Shown one piece after another: positions 28,778 through 38,164 of a stretch of DNA of 64,000 nt. The notes under the pieces were generated by a model that was not told the origin of the DNA, did no database searches, and saw only the letters and a list, made by a program, of their open reading frames with translations. Both the position numbers and the translations under genes were made by a program. The stretch covers positions 3,486 to 67,485 of the forward strand of contig JAFZVF010000059.1 in the NCBI GenBank assembly GCA_017617935.1, written 5' to 3'. Source of the stretch: Clostridiales bacterium. Its GTDB lineage: Bacteria > Bacillota > Clostridia > Saccharofermentanales > Saccharofermentanaceae. Within the stretch, counting starts at the first letter, position 1; every line of letters begins with the position of its first letter.

Positions 28778-29599
28778 TTGCAATTGGATTTTTTCCACAA
28801 TCTTGAATTTACCTACCCGATATATGGGAATGTTTTTGTGACGGTATATGTGCTCGTCATGGCCTTTGCTTTTGGTTCTATCTTTGCCAGTTTCATTACT
28901 TGTGCCGCTTGGCGCGTGGTAAGACATGAAGACTGGGTGAAAGGCCACAGCCACTGTGACACCTGTGGTCACGAGCTTTCAACGGCTGATCTGTTTCCGA
29001 TAATCTCTTATGTCGCGCTGAAGGGAAAGTGCCGTTACTGCGGTTCCAAGGTCCCGCCTAGAGACCTGATCTTTGAGATCTTGCTGGGATTGCTTTTTGC
29101 AGGCACTTTGGCGCTCCATGGCTCCGTTGACGCAGCTGTTGTAGCTGCCTTGGCTCTTGAGATGCTCTTGCTCGGTCTGTCTCTTGCTGATTGGGATTCA
29201 GGAGTGATTCCTGACGGGTTCCTTGTTGCAATCCTAGTCGTATGGATAATGACCGTTGGCTTCAGGCCTGACGCCCAGAGGTTCGCAATGGAGGGCGTTA
29301 TCGCTTCCGCTTGCGTGGGCTTACTTATGGCGATCGGTACGGCCGTTGCCGGAAAGATCACAAAGGCCAAGTCAGGCTACGGACCAGCCAAGCTTGCAAT
29401 GTGCCTTGTGCTGTTTTTGGGCTTCAGGGGATCTGTTATGGCGGTTTGCATTGGCATAGTCTTGGGCATTGTTTTCGCTTTGGTCTGCAAGTCCAAGAAG
29501 AGAAAGATGTCTCTTGCTCCGGCCATTTCGCTCGCGTTTATCGCGGCATTTCTATTTAAGGACCTTTTGGTGCTCCTTGGAGTCCAATTGCCATTCTGA
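28778..29599 (+). CDS. PilD-like protein with Zn/N-methyltransferase domain and a degenerate peptidase site
   Basis: SHCDTCGH...PIISY...GKCRYC; ADWDSGVIPD retained but GxGDxK is replaced by GYGPAK. Confidence 0.85.
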   Translation: MQLDFFHNLEFTYPIYGNVFVTVYVLVMAFAFGSIFASFITCAAWRVVRHEDWVKGHSHCDTCGHELSTADLFPIISYVALKGKCRYCGSKVPPRDLIFEILLGLLFAGTLALHGSVDAAVVAALALEMLLLGLSLADWDSGVIPDGFLVAILVVWIMTVGFRPDAQRFAMEGVIASACVGLLMAIGTAVAGKITKAKSGYGPAKLAMCLVLFLGFRGSVMAVCIGIVLGIVFALVCKSKKRKMSLAPAISLAFIAAFLFKDLLVLLGVQLPF

Positions 29600-29756
29600 C
29601 GATTCCATTTAAATATATGCTTTTTGTGCATTGCACATGTAGTTTTTATCGACTATAATTAGTGCAATGCATATACTGGAAACAGGGATTATGCACTTGA
29701 GTCTTGCCTCTTAAGGCGATTAAGGTCGCAGAATGCGACCTTAGAGAGCGAAGGAA

Positions 29757-30728
29757 ATGGTTGAAGATAAGAAAATGAAAGCTGTACCGATGGAAAATAT
29801 AGAATCCTTGGTATATAACATTCGTGGGCAGCAGGTCATGCTGGATACTGATCTTGCAGAGTTTTACGGATATGAAGTCAAATATCTCAATCGACAGGTA
29901 AAGCGCAATATTGAGAGATTCCCGAAAGACTTTATGTTTCAGATAACGAAACAAGAAATGGAAGAATTGCGGTGCCAGAATGTCACTGCAAACATCAATC
30001 CAATGAGCCGTACACTGCCGTATGTGTTCTCAGAACAAGGCATTTACATGCTAGCGACAGTTCTAAAAAGCGAGTTGGCAGTACAGCAGTCTATTGTCAT
30101 CATTCGGGCATTTAAGAATATGCGGCATTATATTCTGGAAAACCGACAGCTTGCGAGCAAGGAGGACTTGCGGCGAATTGCTATGACGGTAGGCGAATAC
30201 AAAGAAAACACTGACAAAGCAATTATAAATATTCAAAAAAGAATAGATGCGTTGAGTGACACTTTTATTCCAGACGCTGATGTAAAAAACCTTGTGATAT
30301 ATAGAGGACAGAAGTTTGAGGCTGACAAGGCGTACATTGACATCTATCAGAAGGCAAAGAAGAGCATATATGTGGTTGACAACTATGTGAACATCAAAAC
30401 TCTTCACTTGCTCTCACATAAAAAGACGGGGGTACATGTTATCCTCTTCACGGAGAATGGATTCGGACAAAGTCGCGATTTCCTGACTTCGTCAGAGGTA
30501 ACGGATTTCGACAGGGAATACCCGACGATTCGGATCAAACCTAATCCCGACTGTCACGACCGCTTTATTGTGATCGATTATGGAACAAAGACAGAGAAAG
30601 TATTTCATTGTGGTTCGTCCAGCAAGGATGCGGGAAAGAAAGTGTGTGCCATAAATGCCATAGAGAATACTGCACTTGTGCATCCGATTGTTGATGCGCT
30701 GCTTCTGAATTCTGATATAAATTTGTAA
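29757..30728 (+). CDS. ORF6N-domain protein with C-terminal PLD-like domain
   Basis: IRGQQVMLDTDLAEFYG, VKRNIERFPKDFMFQ, LPYVFSEQGIYMLATVL; HDRFIVID...HCGSSSKDAGKK. Confidence 0.85.
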   Translation: MVEDKKMKAVPMENIESLVYNIRGQQVMLDTDLAEFYGYEVKYLNRQVKRNIERFPKDFMFQITKQEMEELRCQNVTANINPMSRTLPYVFSEQGIYMLATVLKSELAVQQSIVIIRAFKNMRHYILENRQLASKEDLRRIAMTVGEYKENTDKAIINIQKRIDALSDTFIPDADVKNLVIYRGQKFEADKAYIDIYQKAKKSIYVVDNYVNIKTLHLLSHKKTGVHVILFTENGFGQSRDFLTSSEVTDFDREYPTIRIKPNPDCHDRFIVIDYGTKTEKVFHCGSSSKDAGKKVCAINAIENTALVHPIVDALLLNSDINL

Positions 30729-30745
30729 GACGAGGAGATAAGATA

Positions 30746-30961
30746 ATGGACTGCAGAACTAAGATAAAGGAGCTGCGCGAGATGACTGGAATGAACAGAA
30801 CGGAGTTTTGCGATTATTTTGGAATCCCATACGGTACGGTTACGGATTGGGAACGGGATTACCGCCATGCCCCCGAATATGTCCTCCGCCTTTTGGAGTA
30901 TTACATCCGCACTCAGGGTCTGATTAAAGAGAACATAGGCAAGAATAAAGATGAAACTTAA
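30746..30961 (+). CDS. small XRE-family HTH protein
   Basis: IKELREMTGMNRTEFCDYFGIPYGTVTDWE, GAGGAG RBS. Confidence 0.85.
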   Translation: MDCRTKIKELREMTGMNRTEFCDYFGIPYGTVTDWERDYRHAPEYVLRLLEYYIRTQGLIKENIGKNKDET

Positions 30962-30978
30962 GACTCTACTATTAGAGT

Positions 30979-31007
30979 TTGACTTATTTACGGGCGTCCT
31001 ATATAAT
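30979..31007 (+). promoter_or_regulatory. sigma-A promoter of rpsU
   Basis: TTGACT-N17-TATAAT. Confidence 0.8.
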
Positions 31008-31046
31008 ATGCGAGTTTGAATTCCACGCACGAGAGGGGGGATAAAG

Positions 31047-31220
31047 ATGTCTGAGATTAGAGTTAAGGAGAATGAGTCCCTTGACAGTGCGCTTCGCAGG
31101 TTCAAGCGTTCTTGCGCGAAGTCCGGCGTTCTCGCTGAGGTTCGTAAGAGAGAGCATTATGAGAAGCCTTCAGTAAAGAGAAAGAAGAAGTCTGAAGCAG
31201 CTCGTAAGAGAAAGCATTGA
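31047..31220 (+). CDS. rpsU: 30S ribosomal protein S21 (not in the ORF track)
   Basis: Hand translation: [57 protein letters not shown]. Confidence 0.97.
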   Translation: MSEIRVKENESLDSALRRFKRSCAKSGVLAEVRKREHYEKPSVKRKKKSEAARKRKH

Positions 31221-31232
31221 TAAGACTTAATG

Positions 31233-31257
31233 AGACCGCCTTCGGGCGGTCTTTTTT
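31233..31257 (+). terminator. terminator of rpsU
   Basis: AGACCGCC-TTCG-GGCGGTCT followed by a T-tract. Confidence 0.9.
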
Positions 31258-31501
31258 GTCCTGTAGTTTCATTGACTGAAAACAGGCACGATGGTAAGAT
31301 AAACACAAGAAAGCACAGTCTGCAAAGACGGTTGCTTCCGAGTTTAGTTCAATTGAACCTCACCCTAGAGTGGCTGTCTTTGGGTGAGGTTTTCATTTGC
31401 GCCTATATCTGGAATCCAAACCTCAAAAGGGCTTTAGTTTTGCATAGTTTCGAGTGCTTGGATATAATAAGGTCAATAAAGGTAAAGTTGAGAATAGTTT
31501 T

Positions 31502-33652
31502 ATGTTATTGACCGGTAAGAACTGGCGCTTATCGGCATCTGAAAAAGTTGCGGATGCTGATACGCTCCTTGGCGTTTTGCTAAAGAATCGTGGTATAACC
31601 GAAGACCAGTCAGTCGAGAAGTTTTTGGCTGAAGATGCGGGCGTTTGGCACGATCCATTCCTTTACAACGACATGCGCAAGGCTGTCGACATTATCAATG
31701 AGACGATTGACTGTCATGGGAGGATCCTCGTTTACGGGGATTACGACTGCGACGGCGTTACCGCAACGGCGATCCTCGTCAGGTATTTCAGAAGCCACAA
31801 TGCGGACGTGCGCTACATCGTTCCGCACAGGTCCGAGCATGGTTACGGCCTGACCGAAAAGATAATGGACAAGGTCATTGAGGAAAGCCCGAACCTTGTC
31901 ATTACGGTCGACTGCGGAGTCACGAACCTTGACACCGTCGCAGAGCTTAAGTCGCGCGGAATAAAGGTCATCGTTACCGATCACCACAACGTTAAGGACG
32001 ATCTGCCTGAGGCGGACTGCGTCATCTGCGCAAAGAGGCCTGACAACACCTATCCGTTCACCGAGCTTTGCGGCGCGGGCGTTGCGCTCAAGCTTGTAGA
32101 GGCTCTCGGCAAGGACGGCAGGCACGGCGTCAACGGCAATCTGTGGCGCCAGGCAATAGAGCTTGCGGGACTTGCCACGATCGCCGATCTGGTGTCCGTC
32201 ACCAATGAGAACAGGACCATAATAAAGCGTGCCTTCAAGAGCATGGAGAACCCTTCAAACATTGGCGTAAAGGTCATGAACGAGATGCTGCTCAATCCGG
32301 GCAAGTCGCTCGACGAGACCTTCATTTCGTTCAACGTCGTGCCGAGGATCAATGCGGCGGGAAGGCTTTACGATTCTTCAGACGCGCTCAAGCTCTTCCT
32401 TGAGAACAATCCGTCGGAGGCAAAGCGTGCCGCGGACGACCTTACGCGCCAGAATGAGGAGCGCAAGGAGATAGAGGCAAAGGTCTTCGATGAGGCAAGA
32501 GCGCAGCTCGAGAATCCTGACAGGCCTGAAAGGTGGAGCCTTACGAACACTTGCGGCCCCGTCGTCGTTTACGGAAAGAACTGGCATCAGGGAGTGCTCG
32601 GAATCGTTGCGGGCAAGCTTGCGCAGTTCTACGGCAGGTCGGCCCTCGTTTTCACTGACGATGCAACTGAGCCGGGCTGCGCGAAAGGATCCGGAAGGGC
32701 TTTCGGTGAGTTCGACCTTTTCAAGTGCCTCGAAGGCATTTCAGACAAACTCGTCAATTTCGGAGGCCACAAGAAGGCCGCGGGCATGCTCGTCAGGAAG
32801 GACGGCATGGGCGCCTTCATGGAGGCTTTGGAAGCTGAAGCCAAGAGACTCGCCGAAGAAAGCGGCGAAGGCGGCGGTGAAGACGGCGACAATTCGATTG
32901 AAGTCGAATGTGAGCTCGATCCTTCCACCGTTAACTTTGAAGCATACCGCGAGGTTAGCAGGTTAAGGCCTTTCGGAATCGGGAACGCCAAGCCGAATTT
33001 CGTCACCAGGAATCTCGTCATCAGGGAGATCGGCACTATGAGCGAAGGCGCCCACTTAAGGCTCGATCTGACGGACAGCACCGGGAAATACACTTTGTCC
33101 GCGGTCGGATTCGGAATGGGAAATTACTACTATCTTCTGAGGTCCGGTGACGTAGTCGACATCTGCTACACGATGAACGAATACACTTTCAGGGGCGACA
33201 CGACGCTGTCCCTGCACTTGAGCGACATCATGCCGGATCCCGGCAAGGGGTTCATGTGGCAGAAGGCGGAGATCGCGGAAAAGCTCTATTCCAGCGGACT
33301 TGAGCCAGCCCAGATCACCAAGATCGCTCCGGGAGAGGACGTGATCCCGCAGATGGTGCCGCGTGACGAACATTTCGCGGAGTGTTATAAGATAATAAAC
33401 AAGTTTGCGGGAAATTCGCTCTCGACAGTTGACTGCGTGCTTCTCGCGATGCTGATAAACAACAACTCCGAAACGGAGATCACGCCGTTTCAGACGAAGA
33501 GGTGTCTTGAGGTATTTGCTGATTGCGGGCTCTTGAGGCTCAGGGAGATCACTCCGATGAGACTGTGCTTCAACATCACGCCCGGTGGAACAAGGGTTAA
33601 GCTTAGTGATTCAGAGGTTTACAGGAAGGTGACAAATGTCGGCCAAAAATAA
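31502..33652 (+). CDS. recJ: single-stranded-DNA-specific exonuclease RecJ
   Basis: YGDYDCDG, ITVDCG, TDHH, PRINAAGR, GSGR, FGGHKKAAG, PFGIGN; start set to ATG 31502. Confidence 0.95.
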   Translation: MLLTGKNWRLSASEKVADADTLLGVLLKNRGITEDQSVEKFLAEDAGVWHDPFLYNDMRKAVDIINETIDCHGRILVYGDYDCDGVTATAILVRYFRSHNADVRYIVPHRSEHGYGLTEKIMDKVIEESPNLVITVDCGVTNLDTVAELKSRGIKVIVTDHHNVKDDLPEADCVICAKRPDNTYPFTELCGAGVALKLVEALGKDGRHGVNGNLWRQAIELAGLATIADLVSVTNENRTIIKRAFKSMENPSNIGVKVMNEMLLNPGKSLDETFISFNVVPRINAAGRLYDSSDALKLFLENNPSEAKRAADDLTRQNEERKEIEAKVFDEARAQLENPDRPERWSLTNTCGPVVVYGKNWHQGVLGIVAGKLAQFYGRSALVFTDDATEPGCAKGSGRAFGEFDLFKCLEGISDKLVNFGGHKKAAGMLVRKDGMGAFMEALEAEAKRLAEESGEGGGEDGDNSIEVECELDPSTVNFEAYREVSRLRPFGIGNAKPNFVTRNLVIREIGTMSEGAHLRLDLTDSTGKYTLSAVGFGMGNYYYLLRSGDVVDICYTMNEYTFRGDTTLSLHLSDIMPDPGKGFMWQKAEIAEKLYSSGLEPAQITKIAPGEDVIPQMVPRDEHFAECYKIINKFAGNSLSTVDCVLLAMLINNNSETEITPFQTKRCLEVFADCGLLRLREITPMRLCFNITPGGTRVKLSDSEVYRKVTNVGQK

Positions 33653-36263
33653 GAAAGACGAACAAAAAGCCGTAGACCAGAGCGCGGCAGAGGCTGAAGC
33701 GAAGGAACGCGAGTACCTCGAAAACGACGAGCTCGTTCCTGAGATCGCCGAGGATTATGAGGACTCTTTTTCCGACATCCTCAATACTTACGATGCCTAT
33801 GCGCACGCTGCGAATCTTGAGGAAGACGTCATTGAAAGAGACAACGAGATGCTGCGCAAGGCGTTTGTCTTCGCGTTCAAGGCGCACAGGAACCAGAAGC
33901 GCAAGAACGGCAGTCTTTACATCATCCATCCGCTCGCGGTCGCAGGCATTCTGGCTGACCTGAAGGTCGATGCGAATACTTTGGCTGCGGCCCTTCTGCA
34001 CGATACGATCGAGGATACGCCGGCTGATTTCGACATGGTCTCCAGGAAGTTCGGAGAGGCTGTCGCAAACCTTGTAGACGGCGTCACAAAGCTCAATCTC
34101 AAGCTCGACAACGTCATCTACAATTCCAAGGACGACATTCAGGCATCTAACGTCAGGAAGATGCTCGTGGCAATGTCTGACGACATCAGGGTCATTTTCA
34201 TCAAGCTCGCCGACCGCCTGCACAACATGAGGACGTTGAAGTTCCAGACGCCTGAAAAGCAGATCGAGAAGGCTCAGGAGACGCTCGACATCTATGTTCC
34301 TTTTGCAGGCAGATTCGGTATCTACAGGGTCAAGTGGGAGCTTGAGGACCTGTGCCTCAAGTATCTGCACCCGGAAGAGTTCGACAAGCTCGTAAAGCTC
34401 GTCAGGGGCAACCGCGAGCAGCGCGAGGACTTCATGGAGCAGGTCGTTTCCGAGATAAGGGCAAAGCTCGAGGAGAACGGCATCACGCATTACGACATTG
34501 AAGGCCGTCCGAAGCATTTCTACAGCATTTACAAGAAGATGCACGACAAGGGTAAGACGATCGACGAGATCTACGACCTTTTCGCGTGCAGGATAATCGT
34601 TGACGAGGTCATCGAGTGCTATCAGGTATTGGGCATCATACACGAGATGTACCAGCACGTTCCCGGGCGTTTCAAGGACTACATCGCGATGCCCAAGGAG
34701 AACAAGTACCAGTCGATCCATACGACGGTCGTAAGCCACAACCACACTCCTTTTGAAGTTCAGATAAGGACCTTCGCGATGCATCAGATCGCGGAGTACG
34801 GCATCGCCGCGCACTGGCATTACAAGGAGTCCGGCAACTCGTCTGAGTTCAAGGCTGACAGATTCGACAGGAAGATGGATGAGATGAGGCAGATCATCGA
34901 TTCCCAGAGTGAGCTTGCCGATTCGGGCGAGTTCCTCGAGTCGCTTAAAATGAGCATTTCGCCGGATGACGAGATCTTCATTTACACGCCTAAGCACGAG
35001 GTAATCAAGCTTCCCAGAGGCTCGTGCCCCATCGATTTCGCGTATGCGATCCACAGCGGCATCGGCAATCATATGCACGGAGCTAAGGTCAACGGAAGGA
35101 TCGTTCCGCTTACTTATGAGCTGCAGAACGGCGACATCGTTGAGATCTTAAGCTCTGCAAAGCTCGTAAAAGGCCCGTCGCGTGACTGGGTAAAGATCGT
35201 CAAGACTCCGAACGCGAAGTCAAAGATCAACGCCTGGTTCAAGAAGGAAGCCAGGGGCGAGAACATCACGACCGGTAAGGAACTCTTGTACAGCGAGATC
35301 GGAAGAAACGGATTCTCGCCTGACAAGCTCCTCATGCACAAGTCGATCGAGGCGATACTGAAAAGAAACAATTTTTCGTGCCTTGACGACATGTATGCCG
35401 CGATAGGATACGGAAGCATCAGCGTCACCAAGGTCTTTTCAAGGCTTCGTGACGACTACATCCGCAACATCTCCGAAGAGGAGAGGACTGCGCTCGGATA
35501 CAGGATCACGGCCGAAGGAAACATCGTTTACAGTCCGCCGACCGTACCGTTCGAACTCGGAAAGATAGACGCTTCACGCTCTGGAAAGAACGCCAAGGGC
35601 AAGCCCGTCACGCCTGAAACGACGAAGCAGGTGGCTTCTTACGACGTTTCCATGCTCAATGCCATGAATGCCGATCCGAACCAGCCTGTGACTGCTGCCG
35701 CGATCAGGTCAGGCGTAAGGCCCGAGGAGCTTGCGGGACAGGCAAAGGGAGAAAAGGGCACACGCTCAAGTGCCGCAAAACGCACGCACAGCAACGATGA
35801 AGTCATCGTTGACAACCTGGAGTCGATCTCCACGCACATCTCCAAGTGCTGCCATCCCGTCTATGGAGACGACATCATCGGCTTCATCACGCGCGAAAGG
35901 GGCGTCGGCATCCACAAGACGAGCTGTAAGAACATCCTGAACATCGTAAACAGGAAGGGCGAGAGCCAGAAGGACGACGAAAAGTACCAGAGGCTCGTGC
36001 CCGTTCACTGGCAGTCAAAGGCGAAGTTCTCGAGTTACGACGTCAAGCTCATCGTATGTGCCACGGACAGGAGCAGACTGCTTTTGGACGTGCTCGACAG
36101 GATCAACGAAGAGAAGATTAACATTGTTAAACTCAATACCGTCGTGGACGGAACCGAAGCAAAGATCTACGTTACGATCAACATTTCGGGCAAGGAACAG
36201 CTTGACCGCACGATCTCAAGGATCGAGTCGGTCAAGGACGTCAACGAAGTGATCAGAGATTGA
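33636..36263 (+). CDS. relA: bifunctional (p)ppGpp synthetase/hydrolase (long RSH)
   Basis: LLHDTIEDT, KLADRLHNMRT, RFKDYIAMPK, EVQIRT, TGS domain, CC/H/C zinc finger, ACT. Confidence 0.96.
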   Translation: MSAKNKKDEQKAVDQSAAEAEAKEREYLENDELVPEIAEDYEDSFSDILNTYDAYAHAANLEEDVIERDNEMLRKAFVFAFKAHRNQKRKNGSLYIIHPLAVAGILADLKVDANTLAAALLHDTIEDTPADFDMVSRKFGEAVANLVDGVTKLNLKLDNVIYNSKDDIQASNVRKMLVAMSDDIRVIFIKLADRLHNMRTLKFQTPEKQIEKAQETLDIYVPFAGRFGIYRVKWELEDLCLKYLHPEEFDKLVKLVRGNREQREDFMEQVVSEIRAKLEENGITHYDIEGRPKHFYSIYKKMHDKGKTIDEIYDLFACRIIVDEVIECYQVLGIIHEMYQHVPGRFKDYIAMPKENKYQSIHTTVVSHNHTPFEVQIRTFAMHQIAEYGIAAHWHYKESGNSSEFKADRFDRKMDEMRQIIDSQSELADSGEFLESLKMSISPDDEIFIYTPKHEVIKLPRGSCPIDFAYAIHSGIGNHMHGAKVNGRIVPLTYELQNGDIVEILSSAKLVKGPSRDWVKIVKTPNAKSKINAWFKKEARGENITTGKELLYSEIGRNGFSPDKLLMHKSIEAILKRNNFSCLDDMYAAIGYGSISVTKVFSRLRDDYIRNISEEERTALGYRITAEGNIVYSPPTVPFELGKIDASRSGKNAKGKPVTPETTKQVASYDVSMLNAMNADPNQPVTAAAIRSGVRPEELAGQAKGEKGTRSSAAKRTHSNDEVIVDNLESISTHISKCCHPVYGDDIIGFITRERGVGIHKTSCKNILNIVNRKGESQKDDEKYQRLVPVHWQSKAKFSSYDVKLIVCATDRSRLLLDVLDRINEEKINIVKLNTVVDGTEAKIYVTINISGKEQLDRTISRIESVKDVNEVIRD

Positions 36264-36265
36264 TA

Positions 36266-38155
36266 TTAAATATCCCCGTAATAGCGCTCGTAGTAGTCCG
36301 TGTCTATTCTGCTGATGTTGCAGAGGATCATGGGACGGCGCCCTATCTTTGAACTGACGAAATTCTTAAGCTGCTCTCTGAATGCGCGCTTCTCAACAAA
36401 TGCTTCAAGGCTTCCTTCGCGGCGGCCTGAAGACGTGAGGAGCGTTTCGCATTTCTGGGCGATCGCGGCGTAGATGACGTCCTTGTTGTCGTCGTTGTCG
36501 AGGCATCCGATCGAATTCACGACTGGCGTGCAAAGCAGGTCTCCGCTCACTGAATCGACCGTCAGCGCGATCGCTAAGACGCCGTCTTCGCTCAAGTGGA
36601 TCCTGTCGTTGAGGACCTTGTCGTTAAAGTCCATCGGGAGGGACCCGTCGATCAGGATGGGGGAGGCGGGCACGTGGTCGGTGACCTTTGCGCCGTCCCT
36701 GTTAAGCGAGAGCACGTCGCCGTTTGCGAGGATGAAGATTTCGTCCTCGTTCATGCCGAGATTCATTGCCATTTCCTTGTGCAGGCAGAGCATTCTGTAC
36801 TCGCCGTGGATCGGGATGAAGAACTTCGGCTTGATGAGCGTGTGGAGCATCATGAGCTCGTCCCTGTAGGCGTGGCCTGAGACGTGGACGTCGGCAAGCG
36901 ACTGGTAGATTACGTGCGCGCCCTTCTTGTAGAGTTCGTTGATGACCCTGTAGATTGGCTTCTCATTGCCCGGGATCGGGTCTGCCGAGATTATTATCGT
37001 ATCGCCCTTTTGGATGTCTACCGAACGGTGCGAATCGAATGCCATCCTTGTGAGAGCGCTCATGGGTTCAGCCTGGCTGCCCGTCGTGAGGATGACGATC
37101 TGGTCATCGGGATAGTTGTCTATCGACTCGATGTTGATGAGCGTGTCAGGCTTGATGTCGATGTAACCCAGAGAGTTCGCGATTCCAAAAACCTGGACCA
37201 TGCTGCGTCCGGAAAGGCACACGTGCCTGCCGTATTTTTCGGCCGCGGAAATAATCTGCTGCATCCTGTGGATGTGCGATGAGAAGGTCGCGACGATGAT
37301 GCGGCCTTCGGCTTTCCTGAAATAGCGTGAAAAGGCTTCGCCGACGTGCTTTTCGGAAGGTGAGAACCCTTCGATCTCGACGTTCGTGGATTCGCACATG
37401 AAGAGCAGGACGCCTTCCTTTCCGAGTTCGCCCAAACGCTGGAGATTGATGGTCTTGCCGTTGATCGGCGTGTAGTCGATCTTGAAGTCTCCCGAATGCA
37501 CTATTACGCCGACGGGCGTTTTCAATGCGAGGCAGTAGGAGTCGGCGATGCTGTGGTTGACCCTGATGAATTCAACGTCGAAGTTTATTCCGAGCCTTAC
37601 ATGGTCGCCGTTCCTTAAGGTCTGGAGCGTGATGCCGTCAAGCGGAACGCCCTTGTCCTGGAGTTTCAAGCGGACGAGCTCGATCGTCAGGGTGCCGCCA
37701 TATACGGGGCACTTGAATTCCCTTAGGAAATAGGGCAGGGAACCGATGTGGTCCTCGTGACCGTGCGTCAGCACGATGCCTCTGAGCTTTTCCTGATTGC
37801 GCCTTACGTAAGTGAAATCCGGGATGACGCAGTCAACGCCCGGCATGTTCTCGTCAGGGAAGCTCATGCCCACGTCGACGATTATCATGTCGTTTCCATA
37901 TTCGAAAGCGGTCATGTTCATGCCGATCTCGCCGAGACCGCCAAGTGGGATTATCTTCAAATCTTTGCCGGGAACGAAGCCCTGTTGCTTTTCGCGCTTG
38001 CCGGACTTGGGCTTTTTGGCAGGACTCTTTTCAATGGTCTTGCTTTTGCTCTTGACCTGCTTCAGTCCGCTGCTCTTTTTGGGATCTATCTTAAACGTTC
38101 TTTTCTTAGTTGCCTTCTGTTTCTTGTTTTCTTTACCATTCTTTTCGGATTGCAT
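36266..38155 (-). CDS. rnj: ribonuclease J with Lys-rich N-terminal extension
   Basis: PLGGLGEIGMN, THGHEDHIG, HSGDFKID, ESTN, HVSGHA, PIHGE. Confidence 0.95.
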   Translation of the reverse strand: MQSEKNGKENKKQKATKKRTFKIDPKKSSGLKQVKSKSKTIEKSPAKKPKSGKREKQQGFVPGKDLKIIPLGGLGEIGMNMTAFEYGNDMIIVDVGMSFPDENMPGVDCVIPDFTYVRRNQEKLRGIVLTHGHEDHIGSLPYFLREFKCPVYGGTLTIELVRLKLQDKGVPLDGITLQTLRNGDHVRLGINFDVEFIRVNHSIADSYCLALKTPVGVIVHSGDFKIDYTPINGKTINLQRLGELGKEGVLLFMCESTNVEIEGFSPSEKHVGEAFSRYFRKAEGRIIVATFSSHIHRMQQIISAAEKYGRHVCLSGRSMVQVFGIANSLGYIDIKPDTLINIESIDNYPDDQIVILTTGSQAEPMSALTRMAFDSHRSVDIQKGDTIIISADPIPGNEKPIYRVINELYKKGAHVIYQSLADVHVSGHAYRDELMMLHTLIKPKFFIPIHGEYRMLCLHKEMAMNLGMNEDEIFILANGDVLSLNRDGAKVTDHVPASPILIDGSLPMDFNDKVLNDRIHLSEDGVLAIALTVDSVSGDLLCTPVVNSIGCLDNDDNKDVIYAAIAQKCETLLTSSGRREGSLEAFVEKRAFREQLKNFVSSKIGRRPMILCNISRIDTDYYERYYGDI

Positions 38156-38164
38156 ATTCCCCTC

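Noticed and set aside
29757-30961. Prophage remnant
   Set aside because: ORF6N and XRE occur in phages, but no integrase, structural gene or att repeat is visible
33603-35078. 491-aa antisense ORF and similar long shadows (49018, 55566, 56940, 18598)
   Set aside because: Antisense to well-supported genes; a by-product of codon bias with no recognisable motifs
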